Of a stretch of 64,000 nt of DNA, positions 47,819-63,095 are shown piece after piece. Every line of letters starts with the position of its first letter. Position 1 is the stretch's first letter. A model generated the notes under the pieces. It worked only from the letters and a program-made list of their open reading frames with translations. It was not told where the DNA came from and did no database searches. The position numbers were made by a program, and so were the translations under genes. Source of the DNA: the human T2T-CHM13v2.0 reference genome, Homo sapiens; NCBI RefSeq assembly GCF_009914755.1, contig NC_060940.1. One strand, written 5' to 3'.

Positions 47819-48014
47819 TTCTCTTTTTCCTCCGTTCCCGAATTATCTTCTGAGCTATCCTCCTCCAACGGGGCAAAGAACTTAACAATTTAAACTCAGA
47901 GATTATAGAGAGGTCATTACCAACAGCAGGTCTCAATTCATTAGAGAGGAATCTCAAACGTTCGATGACAGGAGTGCAGACCTCCTTGTAAGAACGGCCC
48001 TGTTCTTGATGAGT
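47819..48014 (-). pseudogene. HERC2-like exon 30
   Basis: THQEQGRSYKEVCTPVIERLRFLSNELRPAV...KIIRERRKKR; AG/GT intact. Confidence 0.94.
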
Positions 48015-48106
48015 CTGCAAAGTTAACCAGGAAAAGACAACTTTAACAACAAATATTTCTGCAACTGTCTGCAAAGCACAGAATAAAAAGAATTAAAATA
48101 TATCAC

Positions 48107-48234
48107 CTTAATGAGCGAACATTTTGCTTGGTAGACAACTCTACAAACATCCACCACTGACTTAGGCAACGTTCTGTGCTTTATTTGCTCAATATCAAGT
48201 GCACCTGCATGAACTAAAGATAATGCCACATGAC
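48107..48234 (-). pseudogene. HERC2-like exon 29
   Basis: HVALSLVHAGALDIEQIKHRTLPKSVVDVCRVVYQAKCSLIK; AG/GT intact. Confidence 0.94.
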
Positions 48235-48341
48235 CTGCAAAAAGACATTTAAAAGAAGGACAGGGAAGGAATGAATATGTACCACAGGTTAGTCGAGGAA
48301 TCTGCAGTCTAGCTGAAGTACACAGATATTGAGCTCCTTAC

Positions 48342-48474
48342 CTAAATCTTCATGTTTTAAGAAGCAACATAACAGCAAGCGACCGACCTCTTCCACGGGG
48401 TGCTCGGGGGGAAACATGATCGGTGTGGTCAAATGGCACTGCCTACAGTACCTTTCTATTTGACACAAAAAGCC
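48342..48474 (-). pseudogene. HERC2-like exon 28
   Basis: GFLCQIERYCRQCHLTTPIMFPPEHPVEEVGRLLLCCFLKHEDL; AG/GT intact. Confidence 0.94.
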
Positions 48475-48747
48475 CTGCAACAGAAACAGCTGGAGGTAAC
48501 TTCAGGGCCGGCCAGTGAGTCTTCACAAATCTTAAACATGCCACAGCTTCTGATGCACTTGCAATCAGTAATGCTTCCGAAGCCTTGCTAGCATGTTAAC
48601 ACAATCAGGTTCTCACCTCAAAACCCTCCAAATAATACATGAAACAAAGTCTGTGCTATGTTAACCAAAGAGCACATAAGTATTCCTATGTCAAAGTCCT
48701 CAGATAAACAGAGCACTGAGGTGGCAGTGGGGACAGGCCTAGCTCAC

Positions 48748-48958
48748 CTTCACGTTGTGATCCTGAATGTTATTGTCTGCAATGGCTTGCAGAAATGCCT
48801 GAGAATGGTCCCCCAGGGCCCATCTGTGGGAGCAGTCGCGATTTGCTGGCAGGTGTGCCCACTGGGAGCTGCAGTGGTCCTCATCTTTCTCCTCGTTGTA
48901 GCTGTAGTGGATCTGGCTGGTCTGCAGCCTCCAGAGAAGATGGATGACTGAAGCCATT
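48748..48958 (-). pseudogene. HERC2-like exon 27
   Basis: WLQSSIFSGG/LQTSQIHYSYNEEKDEDHCSS/.../ALGDHSQAFLQAIADNNIQDHNVK split across frames; three small deletions. Confidence 0.93.
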
Positions 48959-51002
48959 CTAGAAAATGCACACGCAAACATGAAAGAGAAACTCAAGTGC
49001 ACAACTCAAAATAAATACTAAAAAAAAAAAAAAGATGCTCAACTGAACACTCAATTTAGAAGGTAAAATACAGCATCATTCATATGAAAGAGCTCCACCT
49101 AACATGTTTACACAGGTTGACTTGTAATTCCTCTATCTACGTGAATACACTTTCTGGTGATTCCACACACCTCAGGCATGGCATCAGAACTCAGGATTGT
49201 AGTTCCAGTCCAAAATTCTCTGGATACCTGTGCTCTGCCTGCAGCTGCCTGGTTCCACAGATACCGTGTGAAGACTGAGTTGCACACTCTAACAAGGAAG
49301 GCAGCAAAGGGCACCGCTGACACAACTAATCACAGGATTTCAAGTCCAAAACTGTGCAACGGATGACTATGGGAGTACCAGGGAGACTGGAGGACAGACC
49401 ACCGCTATTCTGAGGGTCAGTAAGGGACTTGTGGAAGCAACAACTGAGCTAAGATGAGGAATAAGACCCAGACGCTGAGTATCCAGGCAGGGAACAGCAT
49501 ATCTGAAGGGTTTCTACAAAGAATTACATCCTCAGGGTAGGCTATGTATTCCTAGAGCACTTATAAAGGAATGAAAAGGAGAAAATATTTAACAAACACA
49601 CAATCTTTAATGAAGGATAGATCCTTGGAGACGGGAGGGCCGATGGACTGGAAAGGAGACCTGTGCATGGTGCAAGGCATGGGATCAGCCAGTGCAAATG
49701 TTAATTACAACTGCTTATGGTCACTTGAGGGAGCGGCACATACACACAAAATTAGGATGTGCACCACTACAGATCTCTATTAACGATCTGTGTTATCAAA
49801 TACTGCTCCAAATCCAAGCAATCAAAGCGGGGATGCACTTACTGTTCTTTTACTGGACATTTAGATTTTTAGAGCACTCAGGAGCATTCCCCAACCCACC
49901 ACATTCATTCTTCTGAAACACTAATCCAATGCCAACTCTCTCTGGCCCCCTTTCTTTAAGCACAGGACAGCCCCTCCTTACTGCTCCAAGATAAGCCTCT
50001 GATCCTCCTGTGGCTCGGACCCACCTGCCAGGGCTCATGGCACCCTCTGCTCTGGAGCTCGCCAGCCCTGCCCTCCTTGTCAATTTAAACAAAGCCCATC
50101 TTCTGGCAAGCAATGAGCCTTGAGGAGGAGGGAGGGAAGCAGACACCTCAGAGGGCACCACAGGCAGTCCAGCACCCAGCACTGCACAAAGGTCCACCCA
50201 ACGGGGGGCTGTGTGGACACCAAGATCCTCCTTTCCCGCAAGCCTCTCCCACACCCACTCTCGCAAGCAGCAGGAAAGCCCTGCTCCTCTCAGCATTGCC
50301 CTTGACACTCCTGTGTTTTCTGCCCAGAATGCTCCCTCATGCAATTTCAGGACTGCTGCCGGTGTGAAGCCTTTCTTCTCCCAGAACCACGTATGAACGT
50401 CTCCATTTCACCATTCACCACCTTGTAACGTGACCTGCTTAGAATGCTGGCTCATCAACAAGCAGCAACTGAAAGCAGAGGCGTGTCCTATCCATCACTG
50501 CATCCTGAACACCTCGCATGGTAACGGCACCAGGCAACTGCTCAACAGAAGCTGCTCACACGGACGGACAGATAGACAGATGGGAAATGCACGACTACAT
50601 GAAGGAAAATGTAAACCCATCTTAGGAGACAGGAAAAAGCTTATTATTTTAGGTGGTTACAAAGGCTGCCATCCTGAAATATAACTGACTTGAGCCTGGT
50701 CTGGTAAAAACGCAGTCCTCAAATAGAACGCTGTTCCCTGAGAGAACAGCTGATCCACATTCTGTGCAATTTCTGGGCATGCAGGGAGACAAAAGCCATG
50801 CTGGGCCCATCAGGCAGAGGCTGCAATACGTGAGACCACCACAGGGTAGACGGGTAGACACTCCTGCACACTTTTTAGCTTCCTCTGCAGCAACAGACCA
50901 TGAGGGCAAATGACAGCCACTCACAGCTGTTTCTACCTGATTGAGTCTCACTATCCTTATTATTATTTTTTGTAGCATCATCAACTGTGTTGAATCCTCC
51001 TC

Positions 51003-51591
<589 letters not shown>

Positions 51592-51665
51592 TCTCCCACT
51601 CTTAATGGCACTTACAGTTCAAAAAAAATAATCTGCTAATCAGCAAAAAGCAAAGATTTTCTTAC

Positions 51666-51816
51666 TGGCACATTCAATCTCGACAGGAGACAGCGGTGTG
51701 CTCATTGCTAAATAGGAAGTGTGTAATCCGAGAAGCAGGCCCAGATTCCTCTCTGTGTCTATCAGAGGTGAAGAGAGACTTCCCGGATCTGGTATGGTGA
51801 CAACTTCTTGGTCAGG
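51666..51816 (-). pseudogene. HERC2-like exon 26
   Basis: PDQEVVTIPDPGSLSSPLIDTERNLGLLLGLHTSYLAMSTPLSPVEIECA; ttccag| and |gtaag. Confidence 0.93.
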
Positions 51817-52809
51817 CTGGAAAAATAAACTTCATCATCAATCTGAGGAAACAGAATTAATTAAAAACATAAAACCAAAAGGACAGCTCTGTCCTGCAGC
51901 TGTACCGCCATGTGAGCCCAGGGGTGCCCTGGGTGTTCTGCCCCTCCATCCTGTAATGAGTTGATGCTGCTGTGCCCAAGTAACAGCAGATACCACATAA
52001 ACCCACATGCCCTATAAAGCTGGCAGCAACCGTACACGCAGAAAAACTAAAGCACAGATACATGATTTGGCTAGAATATTCCTTAGGAATCAGTTTCCAA
52101 AGTGACTGTACACCATGCTTCAGAAAGTATAATGAATTGTTACATGCATAAAGAACCCACTGGGCAACAAAACTATGACAAGTATTCGATGACAAGTATT
52201 AGTGGACTGTGACCACACAGGTAGAGGAAATGAAATTTATTCTAACAAAAATCAAACTCTGAAAAAAGCAAGAGTTCAACTTTTCCAGTCACAGAAGATA
52301 TTTACAGCAAAGTTAATTCTCCCCTTCATAAAATGCTTTAAGCCCTGCCCTAATGGCATTTAATACATTTTATTACTTGTGGATAGCTGGAAAGCTAATC
52401 CCAGTATATAAATTCTATGTGTTCGTGAATACATAGGAAGGACATATTTCTATTGTAAAGAATTACACTTCTACATAGTTCTTCCCAAAAAATACATACC
52501 TCAAGATAATAAGCCATTCCAAATTTCTACATAAGACCAAAGTTTAACCTCTTTTCTTGTGGAACACTGTCTATATTTCTCACAAATTGATCATTTAAAA
52601 AACAATCTTTCAAGACCAGTACATCACAGATCCTAACACGAATAAATGTAAATTCATTTATGACAAAACTTCTAAAGGATCTTTATATTATCCCTAATGC
52701 CCCCCAAAAGACCCAGATATCAGTACTTCTAGATCCAAATATTCCTATCACAAACACACAGAGGGTGTCCCCTGCCATCCTCTGCATCACTCAAGGCATA
52801 CAGCCTCAC

Positions 52810-52913
52810 CTCCAAATATTGGCCAACACAAAATGCGTGCATGGATTCCCGGGTGACTTCAAACTCGAAAGCAGCTTCCAAAGCTACCACTGGGTTTTCC
52901 CCTGCAAACTGAG
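52810..52913 (-). pseudogene. HERC2-like exon 25
   Basis: AQFAGENPVVALEAAFEFEVTRESMHAFCVGQYLE; tttcag| and |gtgagg. Confidence 0.93.
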
Positions 52914-53297
52914 CTGAAAGAAAAAGGGAAAAAGCAACAGGAGTTCAATTCAGCTTGCCTGAAGAGCTATAGGAGAAACAGTGAGTAGGAAATAAGTTAG
53001 GCGCTTAACTCAAAAGTGAGGGTTACCAGAGTATAATGACCTCCCACTGTCTCCCAGGGTTGCCTGGGCCAACTCAGAACTTGAAATGAGTTCCAAGTAT
53101 TAAAACAAAAAATGCATAATGAAAGGAAATTCTTCAAATGTGCTGAATTTGTTGATAAGACAGACACCAAAGCCACAGATACATTAAAATATGCGGGGGC
53201 TGGCGCAAAACTAAAGAAATCATTTATAAGCCAAATACTCTGCTTAAAATGATACAGGCTGTAACTTTTAACCAGGAAATAAGAAGGGTAATCTTAC

Positions 53298-53468
53298 CAA
53301 GAATACTATTTCCTGTTAACGACTGTGTCTGGAAGTCCTTTATATCATACACTTTCTCATCAATCACAATCCAGAAGCCTCCATCTTTATTATGGTTCTC
53401 CAAATCAGCTTTGCATATAAGTGTCACTTCCTCATTATTTCTACAGTTCTGAACTGTAAAAAATGACT
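53298..53468 (-). pseudogene. HERC2-like exon 24 (cytochrome b5-like domain, first part)
   Basis: ESFFTVQNCRNNEEVTLICKADLENHNKDGGFWIVIDEKVYDIKDFQTQSLTGNSIL; AG/GT intact. Confidence 0.94.
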
Positions 53469-53504
53469 CTCTGTATACAGAAACCAGAATCAGTCCATTG
53501 ATCA

Positions 53505-54100
53505 ATCAACAGGTAAAATGAAAAGAACAAACTGTGTGAAAGAACTACAAGCAGAAATAAACAAATCCACAATCACAATGGGAGAAATACATACCTAGCT
53601 CTGAAACTAATACCACACATACAAATTCTATTAAATATAGAATGCTTTAAAAAAAATCTAGGCAGCATGAATATCAAATCAGGCCATGCCAGGCCATAGA
53701 GCAAATCTCAACAGATTTCAAAGAAATAAAGTTACACAGCATGTGTGCTGACTACAATGCAGTTAAATTAGAAATAGGTTTTCAAAAGTTCATTCAAAAT
53801 AAAATAAAAATGACTCTGTATATACAGAAAATGAAAATATTCATCCACATATTTGAAAATTACAAAATACACTTATAAGTAACCCAAAATTCTAAGAAAA
53901 AATGACTATGAAAATTAGAAAATGAGTTCAATTAATAATCAAAATATTGCAGATCAAAATTGGTGACATACAACTAAATGCATGCTTGAGGGCATTTACG
54001 CCTTTAAATGTGTATATTAGGGGGAAAAAGCTAAAAAAGAAAAGAAACACCAAATCAATAGAAGTCTATTAGTTCATAAAAATACTCAAAAAAAAAGAAA
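53505..54100 (+). mobile_element. Ancient L1 endonuclease-region remnant
   Basis: aaatctcaacagatttcaaag...gactacaatgcagttaaattagaaat. Confidence 0.6.
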
Positions 54101-54870
54101 ACCTGAGTGGTGGTCACCTATGCAAGTGCTAGGATACCAACTCAATATTATGAAAAATAGTTAAAGGGAGGTGGCAGTTCAAGAAGTCAAGCTTAGATTA
54201 TGTCCTTCCTGTACAAATTGTACCTCCTGCTAACCAGACAGCAGAGGGCAAGGTTGGTAGGGGATTTTATAGAGGACACGCAACACATGAATTCCCTGGT
54301 CTAGCTTCACAGAACTAAAGCGGGGAGCCACTGAGCATTACAGGCCTCCTGAGCCAACAGAAAGCATGCAGCATGACTCCAGACATAACACCACCCCAAC
54401 GAGACTGAATTCAAATCCAACCAAACCTCTAGATCTAACCAGCAGATTAATGTAACTAACAGAAGAATATGTTGGTCTAGAATAAGAGAATGCAATCAAC
54501 CAAGTTCAGAAAATGTGAAGTTCTCCAAAATAACCAACTTGCTTCTTTGAAAAAGAAAATGGTATGATCAGAGACAGGGAGAGGAGGGCCTGGAGCCATG
54601 TTGTTTGGGGAAAGAGACTAGAAGCATATGTCAACCAATGCCAATACACAGAACATATTCAGGTCCTAATTCAAAATTACCACCTAAAAAAGGCATTTTT
54701 GAGATAGTCCAGGAAAATGTAACATGGACTACATGTTAGATTAAGGAATCACTGTTAATCTTATAGACAGGATAATGATATTGTAGGGTTTTTCTTAAAT
54801 CCTTATCATTAAGAGGTAAAATGCCTTAAAATGTTTTAAAGACAGAGTTATGCTTTAAAATAATCCAATT

Positions 54871-54984
54871 GGCCGGGCACAGTGGCTCATGCCTGTAATC
54901 CCAGCACTTTCGGAGGCTGAGGCAGGCAGATCACGAAGTCAGGAGATCGAGACCATCCTGGCTAACATGGTGAAACCCCATCTC
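54871..54984 (+). mobile_element. Alu left arm, abruptly truncated
   Basis: ends at gaaaccccatctc; no A-rich linker, right arm or tail. Confidence 0.9.
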
Positions 54985-55117
54985 CTACCACGCCGTATTA
55001 CCGCATTTAACAGGTATGATGAAGCAACTGAACAGGCTATTTTTCCATTTCCATTGCATTTCAACAGAACCCATTAAAAAGTAGTATAAATGGCCCTTAA
55101 ATACTAATATATTTTAA

Positions 55118-55672
<555 letters not shown>

Positions 55673-56666
55673 CTCAGCACTATTTGTGTAGCAACACTGT
55701 GGCAATAAGCCCAAGTGTCCACCAATAAGAGACTCACTGAAGAATGATACATAAAAGACATATCTACACACTGAAGACTAAGCTGCTTTATAAAAACAAA
55801 GAGCGACACTCTGATAAAGTACTCCAGTATATATGGTTAGTAAAAAAAAAACAAGCAACACAAGTAATGCAACATGCTACCACTAGCATACTCATTCCAG
55901 AGAACAAGGAGGTTACAGAGGAGACTGAAAAGCCAGAGAGAGCAGGTAGGAAAATGGGTGGAAGGGGTGGGCAGGGGAAGTGACAGTGTGTCTCTGCCTA
56001 GGTTTGATTTTTGAACCATGTGACTGTATTCCTCTTTTTTTTTTTAATGACTGTAAAACAAAATAAACACTCTTCATACTAGAAATAAAATGTTAGAAAA
56101 ATCTGGATTCAAAACTAGGATTACTGTTATACACTGGCAAAGTTCACTAACATTCCCAAAGGCAGTTTTCTCATTGACATAATGAGATACAACAGCGTGC
56201 ATGAGGTCCTCAGTGGGCCTGCACCCTACAGGTGCTCCACACATGCAAATCACTACTATTACCATTACTATTACATAACAGATATAATATATAATTATAC
56301 TGTCACTACTATAACCAGCATTACATACTAAGACAGCCCACGTTCAGAGTATAAAGAAGGCTGTGGAACCCTCTGTAGAAGGTGGGAGGGCCTGGGGCTG
56401 TGGCTAAAGGGGAGCTCTCTGGGGCTGTGCCACCTGAACCTGGAACCTGGGCCCCCAGGTTGGGTCCCCAGGCCTGTGCGCCTCAGCTTGCTCATCATTC
56501 ACTCTCAACACGGATAACACCTTCAACTGCAAACACGTTTAAAAACCACAGGCCAGCTCCCCCTACCAATACCAGAAAAAGCAAGTCTCCACACGGGCCC
56601 AGGATGAGAACCTACAAGTGGTACTAGCTACAAAACCCATGGAGAACACGGTTCTTGCACACACAC

Positions 56667-56841
56667 CTTATGAGACGTCGGACAGCTACACGGCAGAGGC
56701 ATCTACAGGGTGTAGCCAGATCTTCTAAATGGGCCATGACAACAACCGCCGTTTGTTGCAGATCAATGGCAAGCTCGTTGTCTTGTGGAGGGTGAGGTAC
56801 CTCAGGAAACTCTCACTGGGGCTCAGAGGGCCAGACAAAAG
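56667..56841 (-). pseudogene. HERC2-like exon 10
   Basis: ttctag|CTTTTGTCTGGC...CATAAG|gtgtgt; LLSGPLSPSESFLRYLT...; -1 and +2 indels. Confidence 0.92.
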
Positions 56842-57869
56842 CTAGAAAGGAAAGGTAAACAAACATTCAGAAATGGTGGGAAAAATTAAAGTAATACAGT
56901 TAGCCTTTACCCACTCTTTATATTTTGGTATTGACTCATTTGACCCATCAAATGACAATGTCGATGATACAGTTATACTATACATCTATATATTTATGTA
57001 GCATACAAACTGACTGTATAAATGTCTAAATGTGCTGTACACATGTACACAACATTGACTGTGCATGTATACATTTATGACACCACAGGTAAGTTGAATC
57101 CACACAGATTACTAACATGACCAAACCACCCTACAGGCCTAGGACCCCTGGAGAAAGGCAGAACCACCTCTGTGGGAACCCAGAACAGCATCTCAAGCTG
57201 GCCTTGAAATCTAAAACCAAAACCTTTATTTTAATCTAAACATTGCCCACTCTGGAGAACACCTACTTTCATTTGCAAATTAAATCATAGTTCTAATTCT
57301 TCTAAAGGCAGAAGAGCCCTATTATCATTAGTTTAAAGACTAACAAATAATAGAAAAATTAAACCAAAGCATGATATTGAAATGCCTAAGACTTTCCCAA
57401 AAAGATGCAAAATTCAACTTGTACTTGACCTGTAAAGACCAGCACTCCTGGAGATTTACGCCCAGGGCCCCACATGCCTGCTCCTCCCCCAGCTCGGCGT
57501 CCACACCTGTTAAGGGGGGAGCTGGTACTAAACAGAGTGACAGCTCAGATGACATGCCCTGCACAGAGCCCAGTACATAGGAACGGCCAACAAAGAAAGC
57601 CACTATTTTCGTTGTTCTTTTCTAGTATTGATTTAAAAGTGCGTGTTTCAAGCTTGGTTCTGTGCTGACAAGGAAGTCGGTGCTCACTGATCCAAGTCTT
57701 CTCCACAAACAAGTGGCCTCCCACACCTGTCTCATCTGACTCGCTGCTGTTACCACCAAATACACACACGCCAGAGAAAAACACTGCCGTGGACACACAC
57801 ACTGGTCTTGCGTAAAAAATAACTAGACTTGAGTACCACCTAAACACAACGTTCCATCATGACACTCAC

Positions 57870-58041
57870 GTGCATGTTGCCCTCGGAGGGGGGCGTATCC
57901 TTACTGCAAATGATGCTCTGGAACGTTTGCAGCAAGGACAAAAGCAAGGTGCTGGTGCCCTGGGCAGAACGCTCATTGTCAGTTTCCTGTGCCCTGCTGT
58001 CCCACAGCTGAAGCAACAACAGGATGGCAGACAACATTTGG
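57870..58041 (-). pseudogene. HERC2-like exon 9
   Basis: ctttag|CCAAATG...ATGCAC|gtgagt; QMLSAILLLLQLWDSRAQETDNERSAQG (ORF track 57840-58037). Confidence 0.93.
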
Positions 58042-58539
58042 CTAAAGGAGAAAACACATTTATTCCTAGTAAAAACAGATTAACTTTTTTTTTCATGGTT
58101 GATCAAAAATAAAAGCAAACAGCTAGATAGAAGTGAAGCAATACTTGGGATATGAAAGGAAATGAAAGTAAAGCCATGGTAATTAAATCACTGAATTGAC
58201 ACTAAGATTTTAGCACAAGTCATCGCCTTCTGCTGATAGGAAAGACCAGTTAAGAAGCTCAAAGAGCACATTCACATGGAAGTTCTAGGATCTTAAATTC
58301 ATGGAATAAAAATAATTAAATGAGGAAAACTGAAAGAAAAAAAAAAAAAAAGAACAGTTCCCAGGCTAGAAAACTGAGCATAAAAAAGGAAGTGAAGAAA
58401 AGGTAAAGAGAGAGCGAGCTCTGGGACATGGTGCTCTCTGCTGCAGTCAAACACGATTCAGTGAAATGCACACAATGCAACAGGTATTTGGATACAGAGG
58501 CGTTTCCCCAAAGCGTTCCCATTCTGCACAAGCCCTCAC

Positions 58540-58649
58540 CTCAGCGTGCCTCTCTGCACAGCCAGCTCCAGCAGGATGGCCAGAGCCAAGTGCTGGTCCT
58601 GCAGGGGCATGCTTCTGGCCTTTTGGTGTCTGGCGTTCCGTGAACATCC
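58540..58649 (-). pseudogene. HERC2-like exon 8
   Basis: tttcag|GGATGTTCAC...CTGAG|gtgagg; DVHGTP...PLQDQHLALAILLELAVQRGTL with a 1-bp deletion. Confidence 0.92.
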
Positions 58650-59095
58650 CTGAAATGAAAACAGTGGATGCAGGAACACAGCGACCTCCAGAAAGACAGT
58701 ATGCTTACAATCACACTAACATGTTTACTACATGCTCCCTCCCAAGGAAGGATATATTCTTAATATTTAGAACCAAGTTTCTGAGACTTGCTACTCAAAT
58801 TTTTCAGAGATTTTTAAAGTATACAATTAACTTACAGAAATGTATTTTATTTAAAGTATTCATTCAGATACCGTATTACAGTAGATGACATACTCCAAGT
58901 GTGTGAAGCATAAAATATCTCATTATCCAAAACATGAGTAGAAGAATATCTAGCTACCTTTTCCAGTTTCAATGACGTGTAAGCCTATACCAGTATCAAC
59001 CTTCTCCTACAGAATTAGAGAACCAATTTCTAAAACCACCTGAGGATCTGGAGGCAAAATGTCTATACTAATTTCTATCTCTGATCAAAGATTAC

Positions 59096-59225
59096 CTGGT
59101 TGCTTACTCCCATACCCAGCTCTCCAGAATTGACTTGGCCCTATATACAGGTGCAGGAGTTTCATCTTTTTTCTCTTTGTCATCCAGATCTTCTTTCTTT
59201 GTTCCACTTGGTTTGACACTATCAT
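59096..59225 (-). pseudogene. HERC2-like exon 4
   Basis: ctgcag|ATGATAGT...CCAG|gtaat; reads DDSVKPSGTKKEDLDDKEKKDETPAPVYRAKSILESWVWE*; 6-bp deletion and 1-bp insertion, TAA at 59104-59106. Confidence 0.92.
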
Positions 59226-59418
59226 CTGCAGAATTAAAATTTTTTTAATCTGTAACCGCTTTTCAGAATGCCATACCATTAGTCAGTCTCTGCAAATGTC
59301 CCTCCCTGAAAAGTTACAACACACATCATTAACTGAATGTTTGACAACTCAAAAATAAAATATATCAATCATACCTGTAACAGATCCAGTATAATTTTCA
59401 TAAACAAACCAATATATC

Positions 59419-59699
59419 GGCCGGGAGTGGTGGCTTATGCCTGTAATCCCAGCACTCTAAGAGGCCAAGGCCGGTGGATCACGAGGTCAGAAGATGGAGA
59501 CCATCTTGGCTGACACAGTGAAACCCCGTCTCTACTGAAAATACAAAAAATTGGCCAGGTATGATGGTGGACACCTATAGTTCCAGGTACTCGGGACGCT
59601 GAGGCAGGACAATGGCGTGAACCCGGGAGGCGGAGCTTGCGGTAAGCCGAGATGGCACCACTGCACTCTAGCCTGGGCAACAGAGCAAGACTCCATCTG

Positions 59700-59730
<31 letters not shown>

Positions 59731-59731
59731 G
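59419..59731 (+). mobile_element. Alu (AluY-like, diverged) with (GAAAA)n tail
   Basis: TSD AAACCAATATATC at 59406-59418 and 59732-59744. Confidence 0.94.
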
Positions 59732-60675
59732 AAACCAATATATCAAATTATTTAAAGCATGTCTTCCAAAATGATATTTCATTAACTTCCTAGTAGATTT
59801 CACAACTGAGAAACTTAGTATTTGATATTTACCTACTTCAATTTCACACGAATTGCTTCCATCCATTGAGTCCCAATGCTTGCGTACCCATGGGAAAAGG
59901 GAGGGTGTAGAAAAGGAGTATGATTCAAAAATCTTTTAACCCTTTCCAAGGCCCTACTCCACTGCCAACTGGCAAGCACTGCTATGCAGGGGCGCTGTCA
60001 CTGATAGCATAATTCAAGAGCACTGGGACACAAAGGAAAAGCTGGGAAAAATGACTTTAGGCCACTGACAATGTAACGTTTCAGTCAAAAACAACTGTCA
60101 TAAAACTCCTGACATAGTAAGCGAAGAGAAGAGAGAACTAACCTTAACCTTGAAGTGTAAACACGGTCCATCACAGAAGGCTGTGACTAAACGTCTAAAC
60201 AACATAATTAGAAAAATGTACCTCAATCGGTGAAAGACATGATATCCCATCCAGATTATAAATAATGAGTATCTAAAAATCCCTAAGGAAACAGTTCCTC
60301 TGTTTACAACACTTCTGACGCCAAATGTATGGACTTTTGCACCAAGCAATTCTCCAGTTCTTTGCGACACCCAGCTATGTGTCCCACAATGCAATTCAAT
60401 TCTGAAACTAACTACCTAGAATTAGCACAGACCCCACAGGTTAATAACAGGAGAGAAAAGGTACAATGCTGGAAAAAAAATCTAAAGAACTAATAGCTGA
60501 AAACTTCCTAGGTTCAGCAAATGACAGAAACCTAGGCAGATTGAAGAATCTGTGCAAAGCCCAAACAAGATAAATCCAAAGGAAGCCATGATGAGGCACA
60601 TCATAATCAACTGCTAAACACTAAGGACAAAACCTTTTGAAAAGTGCCACAGAAAGTAGATACAGAGGAATGTCT

Positions 60676-61115
60676 TGTGTGGCCTGAAATTAAGACTAAA
60701 TATTATGTGCTGCCTTGACGTCAGTAAAATCAAGAAGGCCTCAAATAGCCTAACCACAAGGTCTCCTCCAAGCTCTGCTCCCACGGATAAGATCCCAGAG
60801 CCAAACAACCCTCCTTATCGCGGAGACCCGACCCCAGCCTGCTCATCCCTGCCGGTCCAGAGTTATTCCAACAAGCCAATCACATCTTCCCACGGAAGCA
60901 AGGTCATTTCACCCTCTTCTTACTACAAAATGTGCCTCCCACAGCCCCTCGTGGTTCACTCTGTTCCCAAGTGCAGCCCCCGTGTGACATGCGGTGTCCC
61001 CCACCCCCAGGGCTGTGAGCATGCGTGACTAATAAACTGCTATTTCATCTGTCCAGTGTTGGTGTCTTATGTTCAGCCATCCCATATCCCTAAGGCAGGA
61101 ATCTTCTAGGATTAT
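60676..61115 (+). mobile_element. Solo LTR (LTR47-like)
   Basis: tgtgtggcctgaaattaag...gtgctgccttgac start; aataaa at 61031; sits within old L1 sequence. Confidence 0.55.
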
Positions 61116-61189
61116 AAACAGAACTTTAATCAACCTCTCCTTGGTTATTTTACTGGTTCCATGATACAGCTTTTTCTGTGCAAAAGATC

Positions 61190-61950
61190 TGAACAGAAAC
61201 TTCACAAAGGATACAAGAGTGGCAAAGAAGAACATGATATTCAGCATTGTTAGCCATTATGGAAATGCAAATTTAAACCACAATGAGATCCCACTAGACG
61301 TGTTAGAATGGCTCAACTAAAAAACACTGATAACACCAAGTGCTAACAAAGACACAGAGCAACAGAAACGTGACAGATTACCAGCAGGAATGCAAACTAA
61401 AACAGCCACTTCGGAAAACAGTTCAGCACATGACCCAATTTTCACACTACTAGGTCTTTATCCTAGGGAAATGGAAACTATATTCACACAAAATCTGTAC
61501 AGAAATGCTCACAGCAGGATTACAATTGTGAAAGAAAAACGGAAACAACCACAAGGTCCTACAATAGCAGAATGGATAAACACAATGTGGTACATCCAAA
61601 TGATGAAACACCATTCATCAATAAAAAGAACTATTAATACACAGAACAACAATAAATCTCAAACATATAACTAGGAGTAAATGAAGATGGTTTCAAAACG
61701 TTACTTAAAATATGGTTCCACTCACATGACATTCTCAAAAAGAATACCCTATACTGATGGAGAACAGATCAGTGGTTGCCAGGGTATGAGGCCAGGGGAT
61801 ATGTGATAAAAAGCAGCACCTTAAGGGAGCTTTTGGGGTGATGAAACTTCTCCATCCTGATGATGGCGGGGGTTAAATGAATCTATAGGGTCAAAATTTA
61901 CTGAACTAGATACCACAATAAAATAAATTTCATGTAAGTTTTTTAATAAA
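61190..61950 (+). mobile_element. Ancient L1M 3' remnant
   Basis: ggaaatgcaaatttaaaccacaatgagat..., gaatggataaacacaatgtggtacatcc. Confidence 0.7.
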
Positions 61951-61959
61951 AAAAAAGTT

Positions 61960-62278
<319 letters not shown>

Positions 62279-62638
62279 TATCTAGGTCCAGGTAGGACAG
62301 TTGGAATACAGTCCAGTGGAATCATGTCAGAGCAGGGAGCTGGGTCTGGAAGGCTGGAGCAGGGCGTGGCCCCACTCTAGGAAGGAACTAGGAAACGCAT
62401 CCTGGATGAAGCAAGAGCAGAGTCCCGTTCTGCAACAGATGAGCCTTTATCCTGATCTGAGAAACTATATGCAAATTTAATACATCTAACTTAGCCTCTT
62501 ATTTTCCTTAACAACATGGAAAATGAGAGAACAAACAATTCAGAAGGTTAAGACATGAAATACATTTCATTCAGAAATCATACACAGAAAGGTAGGAAAT
62601 AAATGGGGGAAAATAGCAGCTAATGAAAAGTGAAAATG

Positions 62639-62946
<308 letters not shown>

Positions 62947-63095
62947 TTAATAATGGAAAATAAAAACATTTACTGAATGCCAAAAAATCTCCCTAAAAAC
63001 CCCAATCAGTTGGGATCTACATAAAGAACAATTATGCTCTGCTTTCTAACCACAATTTTTAAAAGAACAAAGGACAAAAATATCCATCAAACGTG

